Below are positions 1-8,723 of a DNA stretch of 64,000 nt, piece after piece. Under the pieces are notes generated by a model. That model did not search any database, was not told the DNA's origin, and saw only the letters and a program-made list of their open reading frames with translations. Within the stretch, counting starts at the first letter, position 1. The number at the start of each line of letters is the position of its first letter. The position numbers and the translations under genes are program-made. Origin of the DNA: an uncultured Victivallis sp. Its GTDB lineage: Bacteria > Verrucomicrobiota > Lentisphaeria > Victivallales > GWF2-50-93. The DNA lies in NCBI GenBank assembly GCA_964600895.1, contig CAZRKP010000019.1, positions 10,730-74,729 of the forward strand. Reading direction: 5' to 3'.

Positions 1-923
1 CTGCGGTACTCCTCTGTTTTTTCATGAGATACTGGTGATGCCATCTCCTTTAGGATTATCTCGTGAAGGCTGAAGTCAGGAGTTTCCATTGTCTTTGACT
101 TCTCCCAGACAGGCTTGACGACGGCATCGGTGAATTTTCTCGCCTGTATCTCGATGGAAAGCAGTGCTTCGGCAGCGGTATCAGGACCTGCGATCTTAGC
201 AGCGGTTGCGTCGGCTTCGTATTCATGCTGGCGGCTGAAGACAAAGGTAACGGCGCTTAGTCTGGGGAAATACCATTTTGCGAATGGGTGGACAATGAAC
301 TTTGCAACACCTCCACTACAGGTCTCGGCCAGAGTTGTCCATGTCCTTCTGACCTTGTAGATCCAGCATGAGAATTTCGAATGGTCCCTGGAGACATGGC
401 CGAACTCGTGTGCGAGTATGGCCTTGAACTGGTCGGGTGTGATTGATGCCATAAGGGGGAATCCAAGTATGAGATAATGGCTTGTGCCACCGAGAAGTCC
501 GAAACGGGGTATCTGGCAGACCGCGGCGTTGAATTCATCGTCGAGTACAACCTTCCTTATGTGCGGGGAGTTGGTCTTCTCCCTTATCTCCTCAATGACC
601 TTGAAGAGTTCAGGGACCTCCTCTGGCTTGAGTTCCAGTCCTTCCGGCGGGGGAATCTTGACGAATAGGGCGCTCAATACTGCGAATTCATATATTCCAA
701 GACACAGGAGGATTTTAATTTCAGCTCCGTTGACATGGTGCCTGTTGGCCATCATTAGAAGGATTATGCAGGCTATTCCGACAAGTCCGAGCAGAAGGAT
801 GAATCCCACATATGCATATCCGAGCATCATCATCATCAGGACCCGCGACTTGTATGCGCCAGGATTGGCGGAAGCGAGTTTTTCGTAGTTCAGTATCTTG
901 TCCTTGAATTGCCTGTAGTTCAT
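1..923 (-). CDS. M48-family (HtpX/Ste24-like) zinc metallopeptidase, membrane-anchored; 3' end runs off the window
   Basis: Absent from the supplied ORF track because it has no stop inside the window. Hand translation of the minus strand from ATG 923-921 gives 307 codons. I checked the frame triplet by triplet: no TTA/CTA/TCA in that plus-strand phase down to nt 3. Sequence: MNYRQFKDKILNYEKLASANPGAYKSRVLMMMMLGYAYVGFILLLGLVGIACIILLMM...DQFKAILAHEFGHVSRDHSKF...SRQHEYEADATAAKIAG... It has a hydrophobic TM segment, an HExxH zinc motif (HEFGH) and a downstream EYEAD glutamate, as in M48 peptidases. Track ORFs 257..550(-), 484..888(+) and 721..1086(-) are other-frame shadows. Confidence 0.8.
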   Translation of the reverse strand, partial: MNYRQFKDKILNYEKLASANPGAYKSRVLMMMMLGYAYVGFILLLGLVGIACIILLMMANRHHVNGAEIKILLCLGIYEFAVLSALFVKIPPPEGLELKPEEVPELFKVIEEIREKTNSPHIRKVVLDDEFNAAVCQIPRFGLLGGTSHYLILGFPLMASITPDQFKAILAHEFGHVSRDHSKFSCWIYKVRRTWTTLAETCSGGVAKFIVHPFAKWYFPRLSAVTFVFSRQHEYEADATAAKIAGPDTAAEALLSIEIQARKFTDAVVKPVWEKSKTMETPDFSLHEIILKEMASPVSHEKTEEYR

Positions 924-946
924 AACGCTTCCGGGGATGGAAGTAA

Positions 947-3361
947 TTATTTCGCCGAAGCATCCTCCATGGCCTTGGAATATTCAGGAAGCCTGGAATA
1001 TTTTGCTGACAGTTCCTTGTACTCCTGTTTTGCGGCATCCGAGTTCTCGTTGAGGAGGAACTTGAGCTTGTCCTTGAGATATGCATAGATTACATCCGAG
1101 CATTCTGTCTTCCAGTCATCGCTAGGTGCATTTTCCTTGGCCTCTGCGAAATTACCGCATACAAGGAGGTAGTGGAAGAAACAGTCATTGTCGCCAAGGT
1201 CGCCACAGACCTTCCTTGAAAGCAGGATGAACTGCTTCTGAGGCAGGTCCGTGACCGGCATGGTTACATCACTGCCTGAGCTGGACCTGATGGTCATGGT
1301 GCCATTGTTGATGGAAACAATCTTTCCAAGGAATCCTGTCTTATACTCAAGTTGCACCTTGTCATATTTCTTGTCGCTGTTGGCTAGTGCATCCCAGAAC
1401 TTTTTTGCCGATTCGACGCTCTTCTGCATCTTGACGGCCCATTCCGCGAAGACCTTCGCCTCCGGCTTCAGGTAATCTAACGTTGCAGTCTTCTCCTCGC
1501 TTGCGGCTGCATCGAAGGCCCTGGAGGCATCGGCAAAGTTCTTCTTTATGCCACGGAATGCATAACGGTAACGGAGGGTTTCCTTCTGCTTTTCAAGTTC
1601 CTGCTTATATTCCTCGATACGCTTTTTCTGAAGTTCGGCCTTTTCTTCTTCAAGACGCTTGAGCTCGTCCTGTCTTTCCTTCTTGCGCTTCTCGATTTCT
1701 GCCTTCTCCTGCAGTTTCCTGTTCTCCTCTTCCCTAACCTTGAGCTGGGCGAGGTGTTCATCCCTCAACGACTTCCTGACAGTAGATATCCTCTTCTCAT
1801 CCAGAGGCACATAGATGGGCAGGATGGATGCGAGGGCCTTTTCATCGCATTTGAATGTTGGAGAAGGGAACTGCCTGAAGAACTCATCGCATTTTGCCAA
1901 TATGTCTGCATCGGAATCCTTGTTCTTGACTGCGAAATCAATGAGTTTCTCGGCGTTTTCAGTATATGCGGTCTTTGTAGGCTCTCCTCCCGTCTCCTGT
2001 TTCTGAGTAGTGGTTCCAGGAGTAGAGGTCTTCGGTGTCGTTGTCGGGGTCTGTACCTGAGTTTGCGTGCCAGTCTTTGGGGTTTCCTGTGAAGGGGCAG
2101 GGGTTCTCAGCTTGTAAAGCGCAATTCCTACCGCGATAAGGGCGGCAACCACGCAGACACTGACGGCGATGATCACCTGCATCATGGCCTTCTTCTCGTT
2201 CATGCGGCGGATATCGGATGTGCTCAAGGTGCCACTGCTTGTCTTCCTCGGGAATTGAGATGACGAGGTGTCTATTCCTGCGGTGGATGAAGATACTTTT
2301 CCGGTATTTGTGGTGATTGCCTGGAATGAACCGGTCTTTGCCTTTGCAGTATTTATGATGATGGTTTTTCCCGTAGCCTTCCTGACGGCGAACGAACCGG
2401 TAGATCTGCCGTCGGCTATGGTCTTGCCCCTTCTCGCAAGCCGGATGTCCTCGACCAGCTCCTCAGGTGTCTGATACCTGTTGATGGGGTTTTTTTCCAT
2501 CATCTTCATGATGACCCTGGAGACAGACTCAGGGATGTTCGGATTCAGGAGTTTAGGCGACTTCAGAGGTTCCTCAAGATGTTTCCTGGCGATCTCCGTC
2601 GCACTTTTTCCGGTGAATGGGAATTGTCCGGTGATGATATGATAGAAAGTTGCACCAAGGCTGTAGATATCGCTTCTGCAGTCCATAGGTGAGCCTGTGA
2701 GATGTTCCGGGCTGATATATTGCGGGGTGCCCATTACTTCGTCTTCGCTGGAGTCGTCTATCTCTCCGGCAACCCTTGCAAGACCGAGGTCTGCGAGTTT
2801 TGCACGGCCGTTCTTGGTGATCATGATGTTGTCGGGCTTTATATCCCTGTGGATAAGGCGCTGTTCCTTCCAGGCGTAGTCAAGGGCTTCGGTGATCTGC
2901 TGGATGATGGTTATTGCAGGATCGACGGGGACTACACCCTCGCGCTTGAGGACGGCCTTCATGGTCTCACCATCAATGTGTTCCATTGCGAAGAAGTAGA
3001 TACCGTTGTCTTCTCCCACGGCGTATGCCTGTACGATATGCGGATGATTCAGTTTGGCGGCGGCTCGAGCTTCCTTTATAAATCCGGCTACGAACTCGGA
3101 GTTGTTGGCATATTTCTTTGAAAGGATCTTAAGGGCTGCCCTGCGGTCCAGTGTCATCTGATGTGTCAGGTAGACAACACCCATGCCTCCGCGCCCTATC
3201 TCTTCAAGGATCAGGAAGTCATTTCCAATGACGACCCCGGTGGCGACGAGTGATGCTGGAGCGATGGTGACTTCACCGCATTTCGGGCAGGCTACATCCA
3301 CCCCGCAGTCGGAGTTGTCGACCTCAAGAACATTTCTGCAGAAAGGACATTGAAATTTCAT
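947..3361 (-). CDS. Hanks-type Ser/Thr protein kinase with N-terminal zinc ribbon, one TM helix and a long C-terminal coiled-coil/unknown domain
   Basis: 804-aa ORF. Zinc ribbon CPFC...CPKC at the N-terminus. Kinase motifs GRGGMGVVY, AALKIL, HRDIKPDN, DLGLAR, GTPQYISPE. TM helix VIIAVSVCVVAALIAVGIALY. T/P/Q-rich linker, then a K/E-rich coiled coil (KVREEENRKLQEKAEIEKRKKERQDELKRLEEEKAELQKK), then about 250 aa with no motif I recognise. No PASTA repeats. Confidence 0.9.
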   Translation of the reverse strand: MKFQCPFCRNVLEVDNSDCGVDVACPKCGEVTIAPASLVATGVVIGNDFLILEEIGRGGMGVVYLTHQMTLDRRAALKILSKKYANNSEFVAGFIKEARAAAKLNHPHIVQAYAVGEDNGIYFFAMEHIDGETMKAVLKREGVVPVDPAITIIQQITEALDYAWKEQRLIHRDIKPDNIMITKNGRAKLADLGLARVAGEIDDSSEDEVMGTPQYISPEHLTGSPMDCRSDIYSLGATFYHIITGQFPFTGKSATEIARKHLEEPLKSPKLLNPNIPESVSRVIMKMMEKNPINRYQTPEELVEDIRLARRGKTIADGRSTGSFAVRKATGKTIIINTAKAKTGSFQAITTNTGKVSSSTAGIDTSSSQFPRKTSSGTLSTSDIRRMNEKKAMMQVIIAVSVCVVAALIAVGIALYKLRTPAPSQETPKTGTQTQVQTPTTTPKTSTPGTTTQKQETGGEPTKTAYTENAEKLIDFAVKNKDSDADILAKCDEFFRQFPSPTFKCDEKALASILPIYVPLDEKRISTVRKSLRDEHLAQLKVREEENRKLQEKAEIEKRKKERQDELKRLEEEKAELQKKRIEEYKQELEKQKETLRYRYAFRGIKKNFADASRAFDAAASEEKTATLDYLKPEAKVFAEWAVKMQKSVESAKKFWDALANSDKKYDKVQLEYKTGFLGKIVSINNGTMTIRSSSGSDVTMPVTDLPQKQFILLSRKVCGDLGDNDCFFHYLLVCGNFAEAKENAPSDDWKTECSDVIYAYLKDKLKFLLNENSDAAKQEYKELSAKYSRLPEYSKAMEDASAK

Positions 3362-3630
3362 ATAAAAGCTTCAAAAACCATGAAAAAAAGTTATAAAACC
3401 ACAGAAAAGATACAAAAAACCTAAAATATAATATAGATGCCTAATTATTCGTATGCCAGTACAAATCAAGGGAACCTCTAAAAATTCACAAATGATGAGC
3501 TAAAAGCAAAATAGCCCTTTCATTTTACTTCCCTTATTCAAGTTTAGGCTTAAAATGGTATATTACTAACTTGATATTGCAGTTGTTTTGTCTTTGTTGA
3601 ACGCCCCGGATATAAACAGGAGGCTCAAAG
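3362..3630. promoter_or_regulatory. AT-rich divergent intergenic region (kinase operon / mreCD operon), candidate promoters
   Basis: 269-bp gap between divergent genes. A sigma70-like pattern faces the plus-strand operon: TTCAAG (3537-3542), 16 nt, then TATATT (3559-3564) preceded by TG at 3556-3557. AGGAGG (3618-3623) lies 7 nt before the TTG start at 3631. These are pattern matches only. Confidence 0.3.
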
Positions 3631-5001
3631 TTGTTCTTCAGGAGAAAAAAAAAGGTGCTACTTGCGCTTTGTTCCGTGCTCATCATTCTGAACTGTGCCA
3701 GTCTTTATGCCCTCAAGACAGTTGAAATCGGGGATAGGATGAAGTTCTCCTATCCCAGAATAGACCAGAGATATGAAAAAATACAGGATTTCCTCAAGGC
3801 TGTTGACCATATGATCCAGAACCTGCCGGGGTTCAAGGCGCTAGAGAAGACGGTCATTTGTTATGTGGTGATCGCGGGCACCGATATCAAGGATGGGTAC
3901 GAGATAAGCGAAAAGGGCGGTGTCCTGAGGATAATGCTTGCAGATGATCCAGAATCTTTTGTGAACAATTACAAGGTGCAGTCCGCTGTGCTCTCAACTC
4001 TTTTATTATGCAGATATGGGATCAATCCGACAGGCAACATTGGGAAGGTTCCGGGATGGATGGTTTCAGGATTCCTCTGCAGGGCAGAATCCAGGAGGAT
4101 CTCACCTTTCATGCCAGGGCTTATAACCTATCCTGCTACCAGGGCGCTGAGCATTGCGATGTCGGAACCGGATCTTCATAGCATTCTTGAGAATCCACTT
4201 GATTATTCCGATGGTCCTGCATACCAGCTTTATTCGGAAATATGCGCGGTGCTTGTGGAAGCTCTTACCAGGTTTCCCGGTGGTGGCAGGGAAGTTATAA
4301 CGTCTATGCTAAAAGCCAGCATGGCAGATGGCAATCCTTATGATTCATTCAGGAACTCAACTGCTCAGATCCTTAAGAAGGTACGGGGTGATTTCCCCGC
4401 TTCGCCAGAGATTGAAGATTCCGACAAGCTCTTCGAGGTATGGTCCAAGACGATCATGAGGAACGGTTCCGTCAATATTTTCTTTCCTGGTGATTCCAAG
4501 TTCGCCATCCGAAGGCTTGAAAGCATTGAAGATGTCAGTTATGAACTCATACAGCCCCCTGCAAAGGATAATGATGAGAAAACCAAGGTTGAATGGAGGA
4601 GATGCAGGATGGGAGAGCTTGGGAACAAATGGCAAGAGATATCAAATCCGGAGAAGACTGTGCTTCGCCTTATCAGGTGCATGGGTGAGTTCTCAAACCA
4701 GGTTCCACAGATGTTGCAGAAAGACGTAAACAAACTTATAATATCCCTTAAGGACCTCAAAGAAGGCGACAGGGATGATTTTGCCGGGGATTATGGAAAG
4801 GCCAGAAAGAAATTCATGGAAAATGCATCGGCTCTCAGGCAGATCGAGGATTACATTGCGGCTGGCGAGAAGGAATTCGTTCCATTTGGGACAAGGTATT
4901 CTGTTGAATTGAAATATCTCGATGATGCAGGAAGCTTTGCCGGAAGGTTCTGGCCATCGCTTGAGTCAGAACTTGAAAGACAGCAGAAAAAGTCCAGATA
5001 G
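3631..5001 (+). CDS. Hypothetical exported or membrane-anchored protein, first gene of the mreC-mreD-PBP2 operon
   Basis: 456-aa ORF with a TTG start behind a strong AGGAGG. The N-terminus MFFRRKKKVLLALCSVLIILNCASLYA resembles a signal peptide or anchor. It ends 22 nt before mreC. I recognise no family motif. Confidence 0.6.
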   Translation: MFFRRKKKVLLALCSVLIILNCASLYALKTVEIGDRMKFSYPRIDQRYEKIQDFLKAVDHMIQNLPGFKALEKTVICYVVIAGTDIKDGYEISEKGGVLRIMLADDPESFVNNYKVQSAVLSTLLLCRYGINPTGNIGKVPGWMVSGFLCRAESRRISPFMPGLITYPATRALSIAMSEPDLHSILENPLDYSDGPAYQLYSEICAVLVEALTRFPGGGREVITSMLKASMADGNPYDSFRNSTAQILKKVRGDFPASPEIEDSDKLFEVWSKTIMRNGSVNIFFPGDSKFAIRRLESIEDVSYELIQPPAKDNDEKTKVEWRRCRMGELGNKWQEISNPEKTVLRLIRCMGEFSNQVPQMLQKDVNKLIISLKDLKEGDRDDFAGDYGKARKKFMENASALRQIEDYIAAGEKEFVPFGTRYSVELKYLDDAGSFAGRFWPSLESELERQQKKSR

Positions 5002-5023
5002 GGACCGAAAAGGAGATGAAAAG

Positions 5024-5872
5024 ATGATGAACAGGCAGAACATACTGCTCGTGGCGGTCTTCGCCGTGCTCTTCATCATTTTTTCCTTTTCATTCGTCAG
5101 GGGGATTGCAAGGAAGACAGTCACTGACTTCTATCATCCTTTCTTCAGTGTCACGGAAAAGATTTCTGATGCGGCCACATTTGAAGGACTTGCGATGGAA
5201 AGCAGGCATGAACTCGCAGCGAAGGTCCAGAACCTAAAGGAACAGAACAGCATACTGACGGCCAAGGTCAGCATACTCGATGACATGAAGAAGGAGAACC
5301 TGAAGCTAAGGGAATTGGTCGGTCTTGGGAAAATTCCATTTTTCACCTGTATTACGGCCGAGGTCATCAAAAGGGATCCTGCTGCATGGTATGAGAAACT
5401 TGTCATTAACAAGGGGACTGAAGATGGTATCCGGGAGGGAAGCGTTGTCATAGCCCGGTTTACGCGCAGCGAGGAAGGTACCCCGTCATTTGCCGTGGTC
5501 GGCCGGGTAAAATCAGTGACCAAACATGAAGCTTTCATAGCAACGATCTTGAGCGATGAATGTTCTTTAAGTGTATTGGTCTCAGGAAGCAAGGCTCATG
5601 GAATCGCGGGATCGGGAAGGAAGACAGGTAAGAATTTCATTGTCAAGATAAAATACCTGCCGAGAGATGTCGTTTACACGCCAGGTGAATTTGTATATAC
5701 CTCCGGTCTCAGCGGACTTACTCCCTCGTCACTTCTCATAGGAAGGCTTGTTGAGGACAAGGAGAGCCAGACAGTCAAGATAAGGGAGAACCTATATGCT
5801 GAGGCATGGATGGAACCGTCTGCAAATTTAGATTACCTCCATTTTGTGCTAGTGATGGTGCCTGAAAAATGA
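5024..5872 (+). CDS. mreC: Rod shape-determining protein MreC
   Basis: 282 aa from ATG 5024, with AAGGAG at 5010-5015. The track start at 4922 would overlap the previous gene by 80 nt. N-terminal TM (ILLVAVFAVLFIIFSF), coiled coil (NLKEQNSILTAKVSILDDMKKENLKLRELVGL), and the MreC-type C-terminal motif GEFVYTSGLSGLTPSSLLIGRL. Synteny with mreD and PBP2. Confidence 0.85.
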   Translation: MMNRQNILLVAVFAVLFIIFSFSFVRGIARKTVTDFYHPFFSVTEKISDAATFEGLAMESRHELAAKVQNLKEQNSILTAKVSILDDMKKENLKLRELVGLGKIPFFTCITAEVIKRDPAAWYEKLVINKGTEDGIREGSVVIARFTRSEEGTPSFAVVGRVKSVTKHEAFIATILSDECSLSVLVSGSKAHGIAGSGRKTGKNFIVKIKYLPRDVVYTPGEFVYTSGLSGLTPSSLLIGRLVEDKESQTVKIRENLYAEAWMEPSANLDYLHFVLVMVPEK

Positions 5873-6384
5873 TTGCGGCAAGTTACATATTCATCGTCCT
5901 CTTCATTTCGATCATGTTCGAAGTCATGGTCGGATCAGCCGGTGTCATATTTCCACTTACATCCATTTCACTGTTTTATTTTGGCATGGTATATGGGTGG
6001 AGGACGGGGCTCTTCCTGGGATTTTTCTCCGGCCTTGTGATAGACATGCTTTATGGCAGGGATGTTCCTATTTCAGCTTTGAGCCACATGGCTGTTTCAG
6101 GGGTTGTAATATTCTGGTTGCTCAAGGGCGAGACAAAGGATTTTCTGCTCCATGTGTTTCCAGGGATTATTGTTTCCGCATTGGCGGTGATACCGTTGAT
6201 GGTGGTTCAATTGAACGGGATCATCCTGTATGGAGGATGGAATATCCTGTTCCTACTGCTGTTTTCCCTTGTCGCAGGCGGTATAACTCTGCCATTGCTT
6301 GTGTTTTTTCTTGATCTGATAAGCGAACTGCTTGGTATGGAGCTTTACAGGAAGGCACGGGAGAACATTGAGGAGAGGATTTAG
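5869..6384 (+). CDS. mreD: Rod shape-determining protein MreD
   Basis: 171-aa, very hydrophobic, multi-helix protein. It has an ATGA overlap with the mreC stop, and its TAG stop overlaps the GTG start of PBP2 by 1 nt. The call rests on size, hydrophobicity and the canonical position between mreC and PBP2. Confidence 0.75.
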   Translation: MIAASYIFIVLFISIMFEVMVGSAGVIFPLTSISLFYFGMVYGWRTGLFLGFFSGLVIDMLYGRDVPISALSHMAVSGVVIFWLLKGETKDFLLHVFPGIIVSALAVIPLMVVQLNGIILYGGWNILFLLLFSLVAGGITLPLLVFFLDLISELLGMELYRKARENIEERI

Positions 6385-8261
6385 TGAAGGACTCAGTCAT
6401 AAGGGCCTTGTTCAGGATTTTCATACTCGGTGCATTCTTTGCCGTGTTCTACTTGATCGTCGTCATCAAGCTCTGGGATGAACAGATAAGACTGGGGGAG
6501 GAGCACAGGGAAAAGGTGTCGAAGCAGTCGATCCGGCGCATCCGGTTGCCGGCGATCCGGGGGCGCATATTCAGTTCCGACATGCATATTCTGGCAGACA
6601 ATACAATAAGCTATGATATCGTTTTCCATCCGGCGGAAATGAGGCAGCCCGGCAAGCAGAGGAAAACTGTAAACCACATTTTTGAATGTGCCCACAGGAT
6701 AGGTGTCGCCATAGGCAGGGATTCACCTTTGACCGCCGATGGAATTCTCAAACACATCAATATGAGACCGGCACTGCCAATAACAGTATTCAAGGATCTG
6801 ACAAATGTTGAGCTGGCCAATGCCGTAGAGAGCGCTTCTGGCATACAGGGCATGGAAATCAAGACCATCCCGAAACGGTTTTATCCAGGAGGCAAAACCG
6901 CATGCCATGTCCTTGGCTACGTAGGACTCGAGGATCCGGGAACTGCCGAGGACAGGACGGACTATTCTTATTATCTTCCCGACTGGATCGGAAGAGATGG
7001 AGTTGAAAAGACCTATGACAAGGAAGTCAACAGTGGCCCCGTACCGCTCCGTGGTTTGAGAGGAATTCCCGGCAACGAGGTCGTTAGGATCGACAACATG
7101 GGGTTCGTTTATGAGACCATTGGAACTCCTGTACCTCCACAGAACGGCAATGACATCGTTCTGACCATCAACTGGCGGGCCCAGACGATTGCAGAGAAAC
7201 TTCTTTCCGACAGGATAGGTTCATTAGTTCTCCTCGATGCCTCTACTGGCGCGGTTCTTGCAATGGTTTCATCTCCTGGATATGAACCACAGCAGTTTGT
7301 CCCGAAGATCAAGAAGGAGGATTGGAAAAAGCTCATGTCAGATCCTGCCAGACCACTTGTGAACCGTGCGACATGTGGTGAATATACCCCGGGCTCGATC
7401 ATCAAGCCGATAATCGCCATGGCATCGCTCGAAAGCTGGTTCAATCCTCTTGAGAAGATCCGTTGCGATGGTTCATTGGAGATAGGAAATGCATCGATAC
7501 ACTGTTGGAGCTGGAAAAACGGGGGACATGGCGACGTGGACATGCTCTATGGTATTAAACAGTCATGCAACGTCTATTTCATGGTCCAGGGAAGAAAATT
7601 GGGTTTCGAAAAAATCAGGGACATGATGGAATCTGCGGGAATAGGAAGGAAGACCGGCATCTGCATCCCGGAACGCGCAGGCCAGATTCCATCCATGGAG
7701 ACGAAAAAGAGGTTGTATGGAGAAAGCTGGACAGTATATGACACCTGTCTGATCTCAATCGGTCAGGGAATTATTACCCTTACCCCGCTGCAGGTGGCGT
7801 TGTATGTATCGGCTATAGCGAATGGAGGAGCTGTCAACAAGCCTTATCTGCTCCAGGAAGTAAGGGATCCTAACGGCAACACCCTTTACATGAGGGAAAA
7901 GCCTGAAGTGGTTTCACAGTTGAAGGTTAAGCCTGAGAATCTGGAGATTGTCCGTCAGGGAATGTATCTGGTTGTAAATGATGAGAAGGGAACCGCAAAG
8001 AAGGCAAGGAATTCGAAGATTACACTTTCTGGAAAAACCGGTACTGCCGAGATCGGCCCTAAGGACAACAGGAAAACCAATACTTGGTTCATGGGATTTG
8101 GAAAATACATGGGCAAGACCTATGGGATAGCCGTGATCGTGCAGGAAGGTGTAAGTGGAGGTTCAACTTGCGCTCCGATAGTCGGCCAGTTCTTCGATGA
8201 ATGGATTGAAGGACCGCAGGATGAATATCTCAAGATGGAAGCGGTTCCTCCGCCAATGTGA
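6384..8261 (+). CDS. mrdA: Penicillin-binding protein 2 (elongasome class B transpeptidase)
   Basis: 625 aa, GTG start, N-terminal TM (IFILGAFFAVFYLIVVI). Transpeptidase motifs SxxK (GSIIKP), SxN (SCN) and KTG (GKTGTAE). Confidence 0.9.
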   Translation: MKDSVIRALFRIFILGAFFAVFYLIVVIKLWDEQIRLGEEHREKVSKQSIRRIRLPAIRGRIFSSDMHILADNTISYDIVFHPAEMRQPGKQRKTVNHIFECAHRIGVAIGRDSPLTADGILKHINMRPALPITVFKDLTNVELANAVESASGIQGMEIKTIPKRFYPGGKTACHVLGYVGLEDPGTAEDRTDYSYYLPDWIGRDGVEKTYDKEVNSGPVPLRGLRGIPGNEVVRIDNMGFVYETIGTPVPPQNGNDIVLTINWRAQTIAEKLLSDRIGSLVLLDASTGAVLAMVSSPGYEPQQFVPKIKKEDWKKLMSDPARPLVNRATCGEYTPGSIIKPIIAMASLESWFNPLEKIRCDGSLEIGNASIHCWSWKNGGHGDVDMLYGIKQSCNVYFMVQGRKLGFEKIRDMMESAGIGRKTGICIPERAGQIPSMETKKRLYGESWTVYDTCLISIGQGIITLTPLQVALYVSAIANGGAVNKPYLLQEVRDPNGNTLYMREKPEVVSQLKVKPENLEIVRQGMYLVVNDEKGTAKKARNSKITLSGKTGTAEIGPKDNRKTNTWFMGFGKYMGKTYGIAVIVQEGVSGGSTCAPIVGQFFDEWIEGPQDEYLKMEAVPPPM

Positions 8262-8297
8262 ATTTGTGGTTTGGAATCAGGAAAAGGTAATTTCTTC

Positions 8298-8642
8298 ATG
8301 AGAAATATCTTAATTTCGTTTATGCTTTCAATGGTCCTATGTGGATGCGGAGAGGATGTTCCTCCTACAAAATCCAGTTCATATGTTCCTCCGGAACTTC
8401 AGAAGGATACTTCTGCGAACTTCGCAAATCAAAGCCAGGCAAATACTGCAAATAAAGGCAATTCGGCAGCCCAGAAGAAATCTACGGGCAAGGGCACTGG
8501 ATTTCTCGAAGGTGCATCGGCTGTTGTTGACTACGGTACAGGAGCTACTCCTCTTAGCATCAAGAAACGCCAGGAACAGAAGATCCAGCAGATCCAGGAC
8601 CAGCACAATAGCGATATTAACAGGGCGATTAGGGAGAATTAG
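8298..8642 (+). CDS. Small putative lipoprotein, low-complexity (Q/N/S/K-rich)
   Basis: Start set at ATG 8298 (MRNILISFMLSMVLCGCGED), giving a short signal peptide with a lipobox-like LCGC. The rest is polar low complexity. It sits where rodA is often found after PBP2. Confidence 0.5.
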   Translation: MRNILISFMLSMVLCGCGEDVPPTKSSSYVPPELQKDTSANFANQSQANTANKGNSAAQKKSTGKGTGFLEGASAVVDYGTGATPLSIKKRQEQKIQQIQDQHNSDINRAIREN

Positions 8643-8723
8643 GAACAAGTCTTCGGTCGTCGGTAGTCAGCTGCTGGTGCCGAGAAAATTGCTTTGATGA
8701 AAAAATCCTAAGATTCACGAAGT

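Noticed and set aside
1546-1761. Apparent repetitive DNA in the kinase gene
   Set aside because: It is the coding sequence of a Lys/Glu-rich coiled coil (GAA/AAG codon repetition), not a tandem DNA repeat. The 71-aa ORF listed here in another frame is a shadow.
4922-5023. Track start of mreC at 4922 (34 extra N-terminal residues)
   Set aside because: It would overlap the preceding gene by 80 nt and adds a hydrophilic non-MreC-like extension. ATG 5024 has an AAGGAG RBS and yields the expected N-terminal TM helix.
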